Shown: one piece after another, positions 1 to 9,374 of the stretch
Position numbering within the stretch: position 1 is the stretch's first letter
Layout of the letters: the number at the start of each line of letters is the position of its first letter
Notes under the pieces: model-generated
Database searches by the model: none
Seen by the model: the letters and a program-made list of their open reading frames with translations, nothing else
Told to the model about the DNA's origin: nothing
Assembly: GCA_031425655.1 (NCBI GenBank)
Contig: JANPJS010000124.1
Location: 1-39,470 of the forward strand
From: Abditibacteriaceae bacterium
GTDB lineage: Bacteria > Armatimonadota > Abditibacteriia > Abditibacteriales > Abditibacteriaceae
DNA: 39,470 bases
Direction of reading: 5' to 3'
Made by a program: the position numbers and the translations under genes

Positions 1-196
1 TGAAGGCGGAGGGATGAAGGCGGAGGGATGAAGGCGGAGGGATGAAGGCGGAGGGATGAAGGCGGAGGGATGAAGGCGGAGGGATGAAGGCGGAGGGATG
101 AAGGCGGAGGGATGAAGGATGAAAGTTGGCGCTTCGCGCCGTTGGATTGCGCGCCGCAGGCGCTTTTTCATCCCTCATCCTTCCGCCCTCATCCTT
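1..196. repeat. Palindromic element with tandem-repeat arms (GGATGAA/GGCGGAG family), left arm expanded
   Basis: 8 exact copies of TGAAGGCGGAGGGA at 1-112 (cut by the window edge), then TGAAGGATGAAA. An imperfect inverted arm TTTCATCCCTCATCCTTCCGCCCTCATCCTT lies at 166-196. The spacer holds two triloop mini-hairpins (128-140, 151-163). Confidence 0.9.
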
Positions 197-258
197 TGCA
201 TTGCCGCAAGGCGTGTGTTAGCCTGATTCGGGCGATTTTTAACAGTGAGTTGCACGCC

Positions 259-717
259 ATGACTATGGAAAACCCGCCGGTGGACTGGGACGAACAAGTG
301 CAGTTTCTGCGCGGTTTGGCGCACATCGTGCGCGATGAAAACCTCAGCGAATTGTCGCTGGAAAGCGGCGGCGTGCGCCTCAGTTTGAAAAGCGCCGCGC
401 CCGGCGCGACAGTTGTTGTGGCTCCATCCGCAGCGCCGCTGTCAGGCGTTGCCGCCGCGCCGGACAGCGGCCTTGTGCCGGTAGTTTCGCCGATGGTGGG
501 CGTGTTTTATCGCGCGCCCTCGCCCAACGACCCGAATTTCGTGGAAGTCGGCGACAGCGTGAGCATCGGGCAGGTTATCGGCGTGGTCGAGGCGATGAAA
601 GTCTTCAACGAAATCGTCAGCGAAATTGAGGGCACCGTCGCGGAAATCGTCGCGCAGAACTCCGAATTGGTCGAAACCGGCGCGCCACTCGTAAAAATTC
701 AGGTGGTTCGGTCGTGA
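259..717 (+). CDS. accB: Biotin carboxyl carrier protein of acetyl-CoA carboxylase
   Basis: SPMVGVFYRAPSP motif, EAMKV biotinyl-lysine motif and an Ala/Pro linker. Start moved to ATG 259 (or 265) because the ORF-track start lies inside the repeat. Confidence 0.93.
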   Translation: MTMENPPVDWDEQVQFLRGLAHIVRDENLSELSLESGGVRLSLKSAAPGATVVVAPSAAPLSGVAAAPDSGLVPVVSPMVGVFYRAPSPNDPNFVEVGDSVSIGQVIGVVEAMKVFNEIVSEIEGTVAEIVAQNSELVETGAPLVKIQVVRS

Positions 718-826
718 GGTGGTTCGGTGGTTAAACGGTAATCACTGGGCGCAAGCAAGCAAAATGCTCTTCACCGTCAACTTTTAGCGACTGCAACCAC
801 CGAACCACCTCACGACCTAACCACCT
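701..826. repeat. Palindromic element with 8-mer-unit arms (GGTGGTTC family)
   Basis: AGGTGGTTCGGTCGTGAGGTGGTTCGGTGGTT (701-732) pairs with AACCACCGAACCACCTCACGACCTAACCACCT (795-826) at 31/32. The left arm contains the accB TGA. Confidence 0.92.
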
Positions 827-832
827 TTCACT

Positions 833-2119
833 ATGAAGATTAATATTGGCATTTTAGGACTGGGCACAGTCGGCTGCGGCACGTTGGACGTGCTGCAACG
901 CAACGCTTCCATCATCGCGCCGCGCGCGGGCTGCGAGATTTGCGTCAAGCGCATCGCTACCAAAACGCCCGGCAAGGCGCGTCCGATTGACGTAGATTCT
1001 TCCCTTATCACCGGCGATGTCAACGAGATATTAAACGACTCGGATATTCATATCGTGGCCGAACTCATCGGCGGCGTCGAACCGGCGCGCGATTATGTGA
1101 TGCGCGCCATCGCCGCTAAAAAATCGGTCGTGACGGCCAACAAAGAACTGATTGCCAAACACGGCGTAGAAATCGTGGACGCGGCGGAAAAAGCCGGCGT
1201 GGATTTTCTCTTCGAGGGCAGTGTCGGCGGCGGCATTCCCTTGATTAATCCTTTGCGCGAAAGCCTTGCGGCCAACCGCATTCTCGAACTGACCGGCATC
1301 GTCAACGGCACTACCAATTACATCCTCACCAAAATGACGCGCGAGGCCAGCAGCTTCGACGAAGTGCTGCACGAAGCCCAAACGCTCGGCTACGCCGAAG
1401 CCGACCCGACGGCGGACGTGGAGGGCTTCGATTCGATGTATAAACTGGCGATTTTGGCCAGCATCGCCTTCAATACGCCGATTAACATCAAACACATTCA
1501 ACGCGAAGGCATTCGCGGCGTCACGGCGCGCGACATCGAATATGCGCACGAACTCGGTTTCGTCATCAAATTGGTGGCTTTAGCGCGGCAGCACGACGAT
1601 GGTGGATTGGAACTGCGCGTGCATCCGGCGCTGTTGCCCAAAGAGCATCCGTTGGCGAATGTCAACGATGTCTTCAACGCGGTTTTGGTGCGCGGCGACG
1701 CCGTCGGCGAAGTGATGTTTTACGGTCGCGGCGCAGGGGCCGGGCCGACGGGTTCGGCGGTTGTCGGCGACATCATCGAAGCGGCGCGCAATATCGCATC
1801 GGGCGGGCGCAACCGCTTGCATCACGAGCCGGCGCACGCGCCGCAAATGAAGTTGTTCGACGAGTTCGCCACACGCTTTTACGTGCGCACGCAAGTGCCT
1901 GACCAACCCGGAATGCTGGCGCAAATCGCCACGGTTTTCGGCGACAAGGGCGTGAGCTTAGAAAGCATCGTGCAAAAGAAAACCGATGGCGGCGTCGCGG
2001 AAATCGTATGGATGACGCACCGCACTTCGCAGCGCGACATGAACCGCGCCTTAGCCGAATTCGAGCGTATCGAAGCCGTGCGCGAAGTCTCGTCGCTACT
2101 GCGCGTCGAGGGAAATTAA
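833..2119 (+). CDS. hom: Homoserine dehydrogenase with C-terminal ACT domain
   Basis: GLGTVG Rossmann motif, VVTANK, NGTTNYILTKM, LGYAEADPTADVEG, GAGAGPTGSAV and ACT motif DQPGMLAQI. Confidence 0.97.
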   Translation: MKINIGILGLGTVGCGTLDVLQRNASIIAPRAGCEICVKRIATKTPGKARPIDVDSSLITGDVNEILNDSDIHIVAELIGGVEPARDYVMRAIAAKKSVVTANKELIAKHGVEIVDAAEKAGVDFLFEGSVGGGIPLINPLRESLAANRILELTGIVNGTTNYILTKMTREASSFDEVLHEAQTLGYAEADPTADVEGFDSMYKLAILASIAFNTPINIKHIQREGIRGVTARDIEYAHELGFVIKLVALARQHDDGGLELRVHPALLPKEHPLANVNDVFNAVLVRGDAVGEVMFYGRGAGAGPTGSAVVGDIIEAARNIASGGRNRLHHEPAHAPQMKLFDEFATRFYVRTQVPDQPGMLAQIATVFGDKGVSLESIVQKKTDGGVAEIVWMTHRTSQRDMNRALAEFERIEAVREVSSLLRVEGN

Positions 2120-2123
2120 CAGC

Positions 2124-2232
2124 AATTTTGAGTTTTGAATTTTGAGTTTTGAGTTAATATCTCGTCTCGGAAGCAAAACTCGGTCGTGAATCCTGTGGAA
2201 ACTCAAAACTCAAAACTCAAAACTCAAAACTC
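2124..2232. repeat. Palindromic element with heptamer arms (TTTTGAG/CTCAAAA family)
   Basis: (TTTTGAG/A)n at 2124-2155 and (AAAACTC)n at 2199-2232 in inverted orientation. Same family as 29309-29380. Confidence 0.92.
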
Positions 2233-3310
2233 TTATGTTTGGCGTGGTCTGATTGAAGAGTTTCGCGCGTATTTGCCGGTTAGCGAAAGCACGCCGGTTA
2301 TCACGCTGCAAGAAGGCAACACGCCTCTAATTCCCGCGCCGCGTCTGGCGGCTGTCATCGCGCCGGATGTGGACTTGTATCTCAAATTCGAGGGCGCCAA
2401 CCCGACCGGAAGTTTCAAAGATCGCGGCATGACGATGGCGGTTTCCAAAGCCGCCGAAGACGGCGCCAAAGTCGCCATTTGCGCCTCGACCGGCAACACC
2501 AGCGCCAGCGCGGCGGCTTATTGCGCCGTCGCGGGCATTCGCTGCGTGGTTTTGCTGCCGCAGAACGCCATCGCGCTGGGCAAATTGGCGCAAGCTTTGG
2601 TGCAGGGCGCGACGGTTTTGGCTATCGAAGGCAACTTCGACGACGCCCTGAAAATCGTGCGCGAATTAACGGACACGCATCCGATTTCGATGCTCAACTC
2701 GCTCAATCCGTATCGCATCGAAGGCCAGAAAACCGGCGCCTTTGAAGTTTGCGAATTTTTAGGTGTGGCGCCCGATTACCACGCGATTCCCGTCGGCAAC
2801 GCCGGCAACATCACGGCTTATTGGAAGGGCTACAAAGAGTATCACGCGATGGGCCGCATCGCTTCGCTGCCGAAAATGATCGGCTTTCAGGCTGCCGGAG
2901 CCGCGCCTCTGGTGCTGGGACATGGCGTGGACAAGCCCGAAACTGTAGCCACAGCGATTCGCATCGGCCATCCGGCGCGCGGCGAAGAAGCCTTAGCCGC
3001 GCGCGACGAAAGCGGTGGCCTGATTGATTCCGTTACCGATGAAGAGATTTTGTGGGCGCAAAAAATGACAGCTTCGCTGTCCGGCGTATTCGGCGAACCG
3101 GCTTCGGCCTCGCCCTTAGCGGGCCTGAAAAAGCTGTCCGACGCCGGTTATTTCCGACAGGCGCGCGAAGAATTGGGCCGCAAGCCGGTCGTGGTTTCGA
3201 TTGTGACGGGCCACGGCCTCAAAGACCCGAATACCGCTATTCAAATCGGCGGAGAACCAATTGTTTGCCCCGCGAACAACGAAGCGGTGCTGCGTGCGAT
3301 GGGTTTTTGA
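2186..3310 (+). CDS. thrC: Threonine synthase
   Basis: EGANPTGSFKDRG PLP-lysine motif, CASTGNTSASAAAY, PVGNAGNITAYW and TGHGLKDP; follows hom. Start is GTG 2186 or 2195. Confidence 0.96.
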   Translation: MNPVETQNSKLKTQNSYVWRGLIEEFRAYLPVSESTPVITLQEGNTPLIPAPRLAAVIAPDVDLYLKFEGANPTGSFKDRGMTMAVSKAAEDGAKVAICASTGNTSASAAAYCAVAGIRCVVLLPQNAIALGKLAQALVQGATVLAIEGNFDDALKIVRELTDTHPISMLNSLNPYRIEGQKTGAFEVCEFLGVAPDYHAIPVGNAGNITAYWKGYKEYHAMGRIASLPKMIGFQAAGAAPLVLGHGVDKPETVATAIRIGHPARGEEALAARDESGGLIDSVTDEEILWAQKMTASLSGVFGEPASASPLAGLKKLSDAGYFRQAREELGRKPVVVSIVTGHGLKDPNTAIQIGGEPIVCPANNEAVLRAMGF

Positions 3311-3330
3311 TTCGCTTTTGCTCCGCTGCG

Positions 3331-4446
3331 TCACTCGGAATAAGGCACAACCACGTTGTCATCGCGCGTGAGCAGTCGAAGAAATTTCGGGTGCAGAAAA
3401 AGTTTTTCTTTGCCAAACGATTTCTCCTGCAACACGCCGATGGCAACCAATTGTTTGAGATAGCGTGAAGCCGCCTGCCGTTTGGCAATGCCCGCCGGCT
3501 CCAAATCGCCGATGCGGCAATAAGGTCGCTCGAAAATCAGGTTCACTAACTCATGGCTGTAAATGCCCGGTGCGGCGTGGCGCACATAAGCGCTGGTTTG
3601 CGCCGCTAAATCACGAATCGCCGCGATTTTAGCGGTCGTCCAGCGCGCGGTTTCTTCGACGCCCCGAATCATAAAAATCAGCCATTCTTCCCACGACTGC
3701 TCGGCGGTTACGGCCAGCAAGAGCCGGTAATATTCGCTTTTGTGGCGAATGATATAACGGCTGAGATAAAGAATCGGCAGCGTCAGCAAATTCTCCTGAA
3801 TTAAAAACAGGCTGTTCAATACCCGCCCGGTGCGACCGTTGCCGTCGGTGAAAGGATGAATGGCCTCAAACTGATAATGCGCGGCAGCCATGCGAATAAG
3901 TGGGTCAAATTCGCTTTGCTCGTGCAGGAACTTTTCCCAGTTCGCTAACAACGTCCGCAATAAATCTTCGCCTTCGGGCGGCGTGTAAATCACCGCGCCA
4001 CTGGATTCAAGCACCAACTGGGTGCCCGGCACGCGGCGCACCCGCATCTCTATCCCGCGAATCCGACTGCATATGCTTTCCGTCATGCCGGTATGAATGG
4101 GAAGCTGCTGCAAGGCTCCATAGCCTTCTAAAAGCGCCTGACTATAACGCAGGGCTTCTTTGGTCGCCAAGTCGGTCGGGCCTGCCTGTCCCAAATGCTG
4201 AAACAAACGGTCGGTCGTGGTCACGATATTCTCAATTTCCGAACTGGCCTGCGCTTCCAACAGCGGCAAAGTGTTAATGAGAATCGCCTGATTGGGAATC
4301 AGTTCCGCCGCCTGTTTTAGCTCGCCCAACGCGGCCCGCGCCGTGATGCACTGTCGCAAGACCGCCTTTGTCTCGATGTCCTGAGCCGGCGGCAGTGGTT
4401 TCAGTTCGTTGTAAGGTCGTTCAGGATGCCATACGGACGTTTTCAT
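3331..4446 (-). CDS. Fic-family AMPylase, class II type (N-terminal inhibitory motif, C-terminal HTH-like region)
   Basis: Canonical [12 protein letters not shown] catalytic motif and SSEIEN inhibitory motif. Start set to ATG 4446 ([13 protein letters not shown]). Confidence 0.93.
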   Translation of the reverse strand: MKTSVWHPERPYNELKPLPPAQDIETKAVLRQCITARAALGELKQAAELIPNQAILINTLPLLEAQASSEIENIVTTTDRLFQHLGQAGPTDLATKEALRYSQALLEGYGALQQLPIHTGMTESICSRIRGIEMRVRRVPGTQLVLESSGAVIYTPPEGEDLLRTLLANWEKFLHEQSEFDPLIRMAAAHYQFEAIHPFTDGNGRTGRVLNSLFLIQENLLTLPILYLSRYIIRHKSEYYRLLLAVTAEQSWEEWLIFMIRGVEETARWTTAKIAAIRDLAAQTSAYVRHAAPGIYSHELVNLIFERPYCRIGDLEPAGIAKRQAASRYLKQLVAIGVLQEKSFGKEKLFLHPKFLRLLTRDDNVVVPYSE

Positions 4447-4465
4447 GTTTACGTTTTCTCGTTTT

Positions 4466-4542
4466 AGCGACACGTTTTCAGCTTATGTCGTTGTCAGCGA
4501 CACGTCAAGATAACGTATCGCTGTTTCGCGCTTTGAGCGACA
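4466..4542. promoter_or_regulatory. Putative operator array upstream of fic
   Basis: AGCGACA at 4466, 4496 and 4536, with inverted variants TGTCGTT (4486) and TATCGCT (4516). This gives two AGCGACA-N13-inverse dyads 30 bp apart. Confidence 0.55.
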
Positions 4543-4714
4543 TGAAATCGGCGCCAAGCCGATTATCGCCCGCCGAATCACGCAGCCGTTTTGCGCGCGA
4601 TGGGTTTTGAATCACGACAACCAAAAAGCGCCGCGTGAATTGGCATCTATCCAGACAGCCGCGTGCGATAGCTTAGCTCCGCCCCAACTGTGCTATCAGG
4701 GAGTCAAACATTTT

Positions 4715-5632
4715 ATGCGTTTGACTCCTTTTTGTTTCCTGCTGATTCTCACCATTTCATGTTCAATGGCCGCACAAAGCCAAATGTCCTTGCCCGCCGC
4801 CGCGTCGTTTTCCTCCGACAGCAAAAGCGCCGCGCGCAAGCGTGTGCAAACTTTGAAAATCACTTCGACGCGGCTCAAGCGCGACGTGAGCTTCAATTTG
4901 CTGCTGCCGCTGGATTACGAAACCGCCGGGTTGCGCTATCCGGTGCTTTATCTGCTGCACGGCTCCTACGATAATCACGAGTCGTGGAATCATAAATCCG
5001 GCGCGGCGGCTTTGCTTTCGGGGCTGCCGCTGATTGTGGTCATGCCCGACGCCGCGATGTCGCGCTACGTCAATTCGCCGCGCGGCGGGCCGTATGCCGA
5101 TTTTTTCGCACAGGAATTGGTGCCGCACATTGACCAAACTTATCGCACCATCGCGCGGCGCGAAGGGCGGGCACTGTGCGGTCTTTCGATGGGCGGCTAC
5201 GGCGCGTGGCGACTCGGACTTGATGCGCCGCAAAACTTCGTGGCGGCTGCCTCGCTTTCCGGGTCGTTTGAATGGGGCGAAACCGGCTTCGAGCCTTCGC
5301 GCTATCGGGAGCGCGCCGTCGCTCTTTACGGCGGCGATGGGCCGGAGCAGGCGAAATTGCTCGAAGCCGACCGCTTATGGCTTCACGTCCAGAAAAATGG
5401 CGGCGGCGCCGAATGGAACGGCCCTGCGCTTTACTTTTCCATCGGCAACGACGACTTTCTGCTGAGCGCCAACCGCTCGATGCGAAGTCGCCTCGAAGAT
5501 CGCAGAATTCCCTTTGTTTATGCCGAAAATCCCGGCGAACACACCTGGGATTACTGGAACAAGCATCTGCGCGACGCCATGACCTTTCTCATGCTGCACC
5601 TTGCAGCGCCAGTCAAAGCGGAGCCATTATGA
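4715..5632 (+). CDS. Secreted alpha/beta-hydrolase esterase (XynC/tributyrin esterase-like)
   Basis: YPVLYLLHG, nucleophile motif GLSMGG and catalytic His in GEHTWDYW. A signal-peptide-like N-terminus starts at ATG 4715 with GGAG upstream. Confidence 0.88.
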   Translation: MRLTPFCFLLILTISCSMAAQSQMSLPAAASFSSDSKSAARKRVQTLKITSTRLKRDVSFNLLLPLDYETAGLRYPVLYLLHGSYDNHESWNHKSGAAALLSGLPLIVVMPDAAMSRYVNSPRGGPYADFFAQELVPHIDQTYRTIARREGRALCGLSMGGYGAWRLGLDAPQNFVAAASLSGSFEWGETGFEPSRYRERAVALYGGDGPEQAKLLEADRLWLHVQKNGGGAEWNGPALYFSIGNDDFLLSANRSMRSRLEDRRIPFVYAENPGEHTWDYWNKHLRDAMTFLMLHLAAPVKAEPL

Positions 5633-6828
5633 ATTTCATGTTTTACCGCCGAATCCTGCTATTTTGCGCGCTGATAATGCCTCAATTCGGCTACGCGGCG
5701 GAGTCTCCGAAGGTTTTTCTTATGAATTCCAGCCCAGCCAAAGCGCGCCTCGCGGCGGGCGATGCGGTGCTTCAACCAGCGCTCAAAAAACTCATCGAAG
5801 ACGCCGACAAAGCCTTAAAACTCAGCCCGTTTTCCGTGATGGACAAGAAACTGACGCCGCCTTCGGGCGACAAGCACGATTACATGAGCCTCGGCCCGTA
5901 TTGGTGGCCCGACCCGAACAAACCCGGCGGCAAGCCTTATATTCGGCGCGATGGCGAAAGCAACCCCGAATCGAAAAACAACGATACCGACCGCCCTGCG
6001 CTGGAAAAAATGCGCGCTGCTGTAGAAACGCTGTCGCTGGCCTATTATTTCAGCGGCAAAGAAGCGTATGCCGAACACGCCGCGCGTTTGCTGCGTGCGT
6101 GGTTTCTCGACGCGGCGACGAAAATGAACCCGCATCTCAATTACGGGCAGGCGATTCCGGGCCGCATGGACGGGCGCGGCATCGGCATTATTGATACGCG
6201 CAATCTGCCCGCGATGTTAAATGCCGTGGCGCTGCTCGAACCTTCGCCGTCGTGGACAAAAGACAATCAAGCGGGCCTGATCCGTTGGTTCGAGGCGTAT
6301 TTGAACTGGCTCCTGACCAGCAAAAACGGCAAGGACGAAGCCGATGAGCACAACAATCACGGCACTTGGTATGATGTGCAAGTCGCGGGCTTCGCGCTTT
6401 TCGTCGGCAAGGCGCAATTAGCCAAACAAACCATCGAACACGCCAAAACGCGCCTCGCCAAACAAATCGAGCCGGACGGACGCCAGCCGCACGAATTAGC
6501 GCGCACCATCAGCTTTTCTTACAGCACGATGAACCTGATCGCTTTCTTCGAGTTAGCAGTGATGGGCGAAACTCTCGGCGTGGATTTATGGCGCTACGAA
6601 ACCAAAGATAAACGCGGCCTGCGCGCGGCGCTCGATTATTTGGCGCCTTACGCCGATTCGCAAAAAGCGTGGCCGCATCCGCAAATCGGCGGCAAGAGTT
6701 ACCACATGGCGCTGCTGCCGCTGCTCAAACGCGGCGCACGAGCTTACGGCGACGCCCGCTACCAATCGCTCATCGAAAAACTGCCGCAAGACGAAGCCAT
6801 TTCGCATCGCGCGCAACTGCTTTATTAG
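5629..6828 (+). CDS. Alginate lyase family protein (PF05426-like), secreted
   Basis: DKHDYMSLGPYWWP, NNHGTW (compare AlgL NNHSYW) and DGRQPHELARTISFSYS motifs; signal peptide. ATGA overlap with the esterase stop. Confidence 0.85.
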   Translation: MNFMFYRRILLFCALIMPQFGYAAESPKVFLMNSSPAKARLAAGDAVLQPALKKLIEDADKALKLSPFSVMDKKLTPPSGDKHDYMSLGPYWWPDPNKPGGKPYIRRDGESNPESKNNDTDRPALEKMRAAVETLSLAYYFSGKEAYAEHAARLLRAWFLDAATKMNPHLNYGQAIPGRMDGRGIGIIDTRNLPAMLNAVALLEPSPSWTKDNQAGLIRWFEAYLNWLLTSKNGKDEADEHNNHGTWYDVQVAGFALFVGKAQLAKQTIEHAKTRLAKQIEPDGRQPHELARTISFSYSTMNLIAFFELAVMGETLGVDLWRYETKDKRGLRAALDYLAPYADSQKAWPHPQIGGKSYHMALLPLLKRGARAYGDARYQSLIEKLPQDEAISHRAQLLY

Positions 6829-6842
6829 CCGCAAATTTCGCT

Positions 6843-7322
6843 GTGAAAACCTTTCATTATTTTGCTCCGGCGCCCGAAGAGCAGCGCGGCTTCGTGATGC
6901 AATTTTTAGGCACGCTGCTGGGATTGGGCGTGGCGGCGTGGCTGTTTTTCCATTCGCAGGATGCCGGTTTTCGCGCCATGCTGGGTGGCGCTGCCTTAGC
7001 ACTATTCTGGCAACTGGGCCGCGCGGCGTGGCAACTTGAGCAAAAAGCGCGACGCGCGCAAAACGCCATTATTAGTGTGGACGAAAGCGGCTTGCACCTC
7101 ACCGACAGCGCCGGAAAATCGCAAAGCGTAACTTGGGACGAAATTCAGGAATTGGGCGTTAAAGGCGGACGCCTCGCCGTGACGTGGCCGGGCGGCAGTT
7201 TCGCCGTCGGCTCGCGCGAAATCGAAGACGGCATGACTTTGGTGCGTTTAGTCATGAATCGCGGACAGGACGAGAAGCCGCCGCGCGCGAAATCGAATTT
7301 CATCCCGTTAGAGCCACTTTAG
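6843..7322 (+). CDS. Hypothetical membrane protein (2 TM helices plus small beta domain)
   Basis: GTG 6843 just after the lyase stop, two hydrophobic segments and host-like codon usage. The stop TAG lies in the next repeat arm. Confidence 0.65.
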   Translation: MKTFHYFAPAPEEQRGFVMQFLGTLLGLGVAAWLFFHSQDAGFRAMLGGAALALFWQLGRAAWQLEQKARRAQNAIISVDESGLHLTDSAGKSQSVTWDEIQELGVKGGRLAVTWPGGSFAVGSREIEDGMTLVRLVMNRGQDEKPPRAKSNFIPLEPL

Positions 7323-7464
7323 GATTTCAACACAAAGAACACAAAGGAATGCACAAAGAGGCACAAAGGTTTTGTGGAAGCGGCAATTCACATTCATTTC
7401 CTTTTTCAAGCTCCATTGTGCCTCTTTGTGCATTCCTTTGTGTTCTTTGTGTTGAAATCCTAAA
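7318..7464. repeat. Perfect 49-bp inverted-repeat element built from CACAAAG-core units
   Basis: 7318-7366 is the exact reverse complement of 7416-7464, with a 49-nt spacer and four CACAA(AG) cores per arm. Confidence 0.97.
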
Positions 7465-7473
7465 ATGCAATGC

Positions 7474-8331
7474 ATGACTTTCAGCGATTTGAAACCGGCG
7501 CACAGCGGCAAAGTGCGCGACATTTACGAAGCCGGAGAAAACCTTATTATTGTGGCCTCGGATCGCATTTCGGCCTTCGATTGCATTCTGCCGACGCCGA
7601 TTCCCGATAAAGGCAAGATTCTCACGCAGTTATCGCTGTTTTGGTTTGAGAAAACCCGGCACATCCTCGAAGATCACCTCATCAGCGCCAATGTCAACGC
7701 TTATCCGGCGCCGTTTAACGCCTTTGAAAGCGAACTGGGCGGGCGCTCGATGCTGGTGAAACGCGCCGCTGTTTTGCCGATTGAATGCGTGGTGCGCGGC
7801 TATTTGGCCGGTTCGGGCTGGAAAGAATATCAAAAAACGCAAAGCGTCTGCGGCGTTGCCTTGCCGCCCGGTTTGCGCGAAAGCGACAAGCTGCCCCACC
7901 CGATTTTCACGCCGACGACCAAAGCGCAAGCCGGCCACGATTTGCCGATAACGTGGGACGAAACCGTCGAACTCATCGGCGAAAATCTGGCAACGCAGGC
8001 GCGCGATGCTTCGCTGGCGCTTTATTCATGCGCCGCCGATTACGCGCGCGAAAAAGGCATCCTCATCGCCGATACGAAGTTTGAACTGGGGCTGCACGAT
8101 AGCAAGTTGATTCTCGTGGACGAGGCGCTCACGCCCGATTCGTCGCGCTTTTGGGATTTATCGAATTACCAGCCGGGCCGCGCGCAGGATTCGTTCGACA
8201 AGCAATTCGTGCGCGATTATCTCGAAACCCTCGATTGGGACAAAACGCCGCCCGCTCCGCCGCTGCCGCCCGAAATCGCCATCGGCACATCGGACAAATA
8301 CCGTGAAGCGTTGACGCGGTTGACTTCGTAG
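7474..8331 (+). CDS. purC: Phosphoribosylaminoimidazole-succinocarboxamide (SAICAR) synthase
   Basis: SGKVRDIY, SDRISAFD, IECVVRGYLAGSGW, ADTKFELG, DEALTPDSSRFW and SFDKQFVRDYL. Confidence 0.97.
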   Translation: MTFSDLKPAHSGKVRDIYEAGENLIIVASDRISAFDCILPTPIPDKGKILTQLSLFWFEKTRHILEDHLISANVNAYPAPFNAFESELGGRSMLVKRAAVLPIECVVRGYLAGSGWKEYQKTQSVCGVALPPGLRESDKLPHPIFTPTTKAQAGHDLPITWDETVELIGENLATQARDASLALYSCAADYAREKGILIADTKFELGLHDSKLILVDEALTPDSSRFWDLSNYQPGRAQDSFDKQFVRDYLETLDWDKTPPAPPLPPEIAIGTSDKYREALTRLTS

Positions 8332-8398
8332 GGACACGCGGGTGCCCTCTGGGCCGGCGCGTGTCCACCAAGTTGGACACGCTGTAGCGTGTCCCTAC
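8328..8398. repeat. GTAG-family REP doublet (REPIN-like)
   Basis: GTAG-GGACACGCG..CGCGTGTCC followed by the inverted GGACACGC-TGTA-GCGTGTCC-CTAC. The GTAG supplies the purC TAG. Confidence 0.88.
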
Positions 8399-8399
8399 A

Positions 8400-9374
8400 A
8401 TGCTCGACCTCTCACTTCTGCCTCCGGCCTCCAAAATTCTCGTCGCCGTGTCGGGCGGCGCCGATTCTCTGGCGCTTTTGCTGGCGTTGCGACAAGCCAA
8501 TTTTGAAATCGTCGTCGGGCACGTCAATCACGGACTGCGCGGTGCGGAAAGCGATGGCGACGAGCAATTCGTGCGCGAGCTTTGCGAGCGCGAAAATATC
8601 GCATCCGATGCACGGCGTGTGCGCTGCGCCAATTCGGGTGAAGACGCCGCGCGCGAGGCGCGTTACGCGGCGCTGAGCGAAATGGCGCGGGCGCATCACT
8701 GCGCGATGGTCGCAACCGGACACACCGCCGACGACGTGCTGGAAACCATTCTCATCAACTGGCTGCGCGGTGCCAGCATCGCGGGCTTGGCCGGCATTCC
8801 GCCACATCGCGCTTTGGATAACGACTTGGTTTTGGTGCGTCCTCTGCTGAACGCCACGCGCGAAGAAACGCGCGAGCTTTGCCGCGCGGCGGGCTGGAAA
8901 TGGCGCGAAGATTCGACAAACGAAAGCGAGATTTACACGCGCAATCGCGTGCGATTACTCTTGCCGCAAATCGCCGCAGCCGCGCGCGTTCCGGTTCAAC
9001 AGTTAGCGCGGCAAAGCGCACGCGCGGCGCTTTTGTGGCGTGAAGATAACGAATTATTGAATGAAATCGCGCGCGAAAAGCTGGCTTTGCTGACGCTCGA
9101 ACAATCGCAGGATTTGCTGGTGCTGAACGCCGTGCGTTTCGTGCAATTGCCGCCGACGCTGGGCCGCCGAGTTTTGCGTTTGGCGGCGCAAAATTTAAGC
9201 GCAGAGGCACGCGAAATCGGCAGTGAGCCTATCGAATTGGCGCGCCGTCACATCGCGGAATGCGGGCGGCACGCTGTCTGGCAATGGCCGGGCGGCGTCA
9301 GCGTCGAATGGACGGGCGCCGCGTCGGGGAACCGTATTCGCGTGCGGTTCGTTAGCCAAGCGACTTCGCAATAG
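8400..9374 (+). CDS. tilS: tRNA(Ile)-lysidine synthase (short form)
   Basis: AVSGGADS PP-loop, HVNHGLRG, AREARY, TGHTADD, RPLL and EDSTN..YTRNRVR; lies upstream of ftsH. Confidence 0.94.
   Translation: MLDLSLLPPASKILVAVSGGADSLALLLALRQANFEIVVGHVNHGLRGAESDGDEQFVRELCERENIASDARRVRCANSGEDAAREARYAALSEMARAHHCAMVATGHTADDVLETILINWLRGASIAGLAGIPPHRALDNDLVLVRPLLNATREETRELCRAAGWKWREDSTNESEIYTRNRVRLLLPQIAAAARVPVQQLARQSARAALLWREDNELLNEIAREKLALLTLEQSQDLLVLNAVRFVQLPPTLGRRVLRLAAQNLSAEAREIGSEPIELARRHIAECGRHAVWQWPGGVSVEWTGAASGNRIRVRFVSQATSQ

Noticed and set aside
1..112. CRISPR array
   Set aside because: Head-to-tail 14-mers with no spacers and no cas genes.
112..258. ORF-track N-terminal extensions of accB (also 4607, 5272, 6669, 26665, 29362, 38671, 38690)
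   Set aside because: They run through repeat arms or overlap upstream genes; better downstream starts match the domain boundaries.
7184..7523. Small ORFs on both strands with the identical peptide LGFQHKEHKGMHKEAQ
   Set aside because: Artefact of the perfect DNA palindrome.
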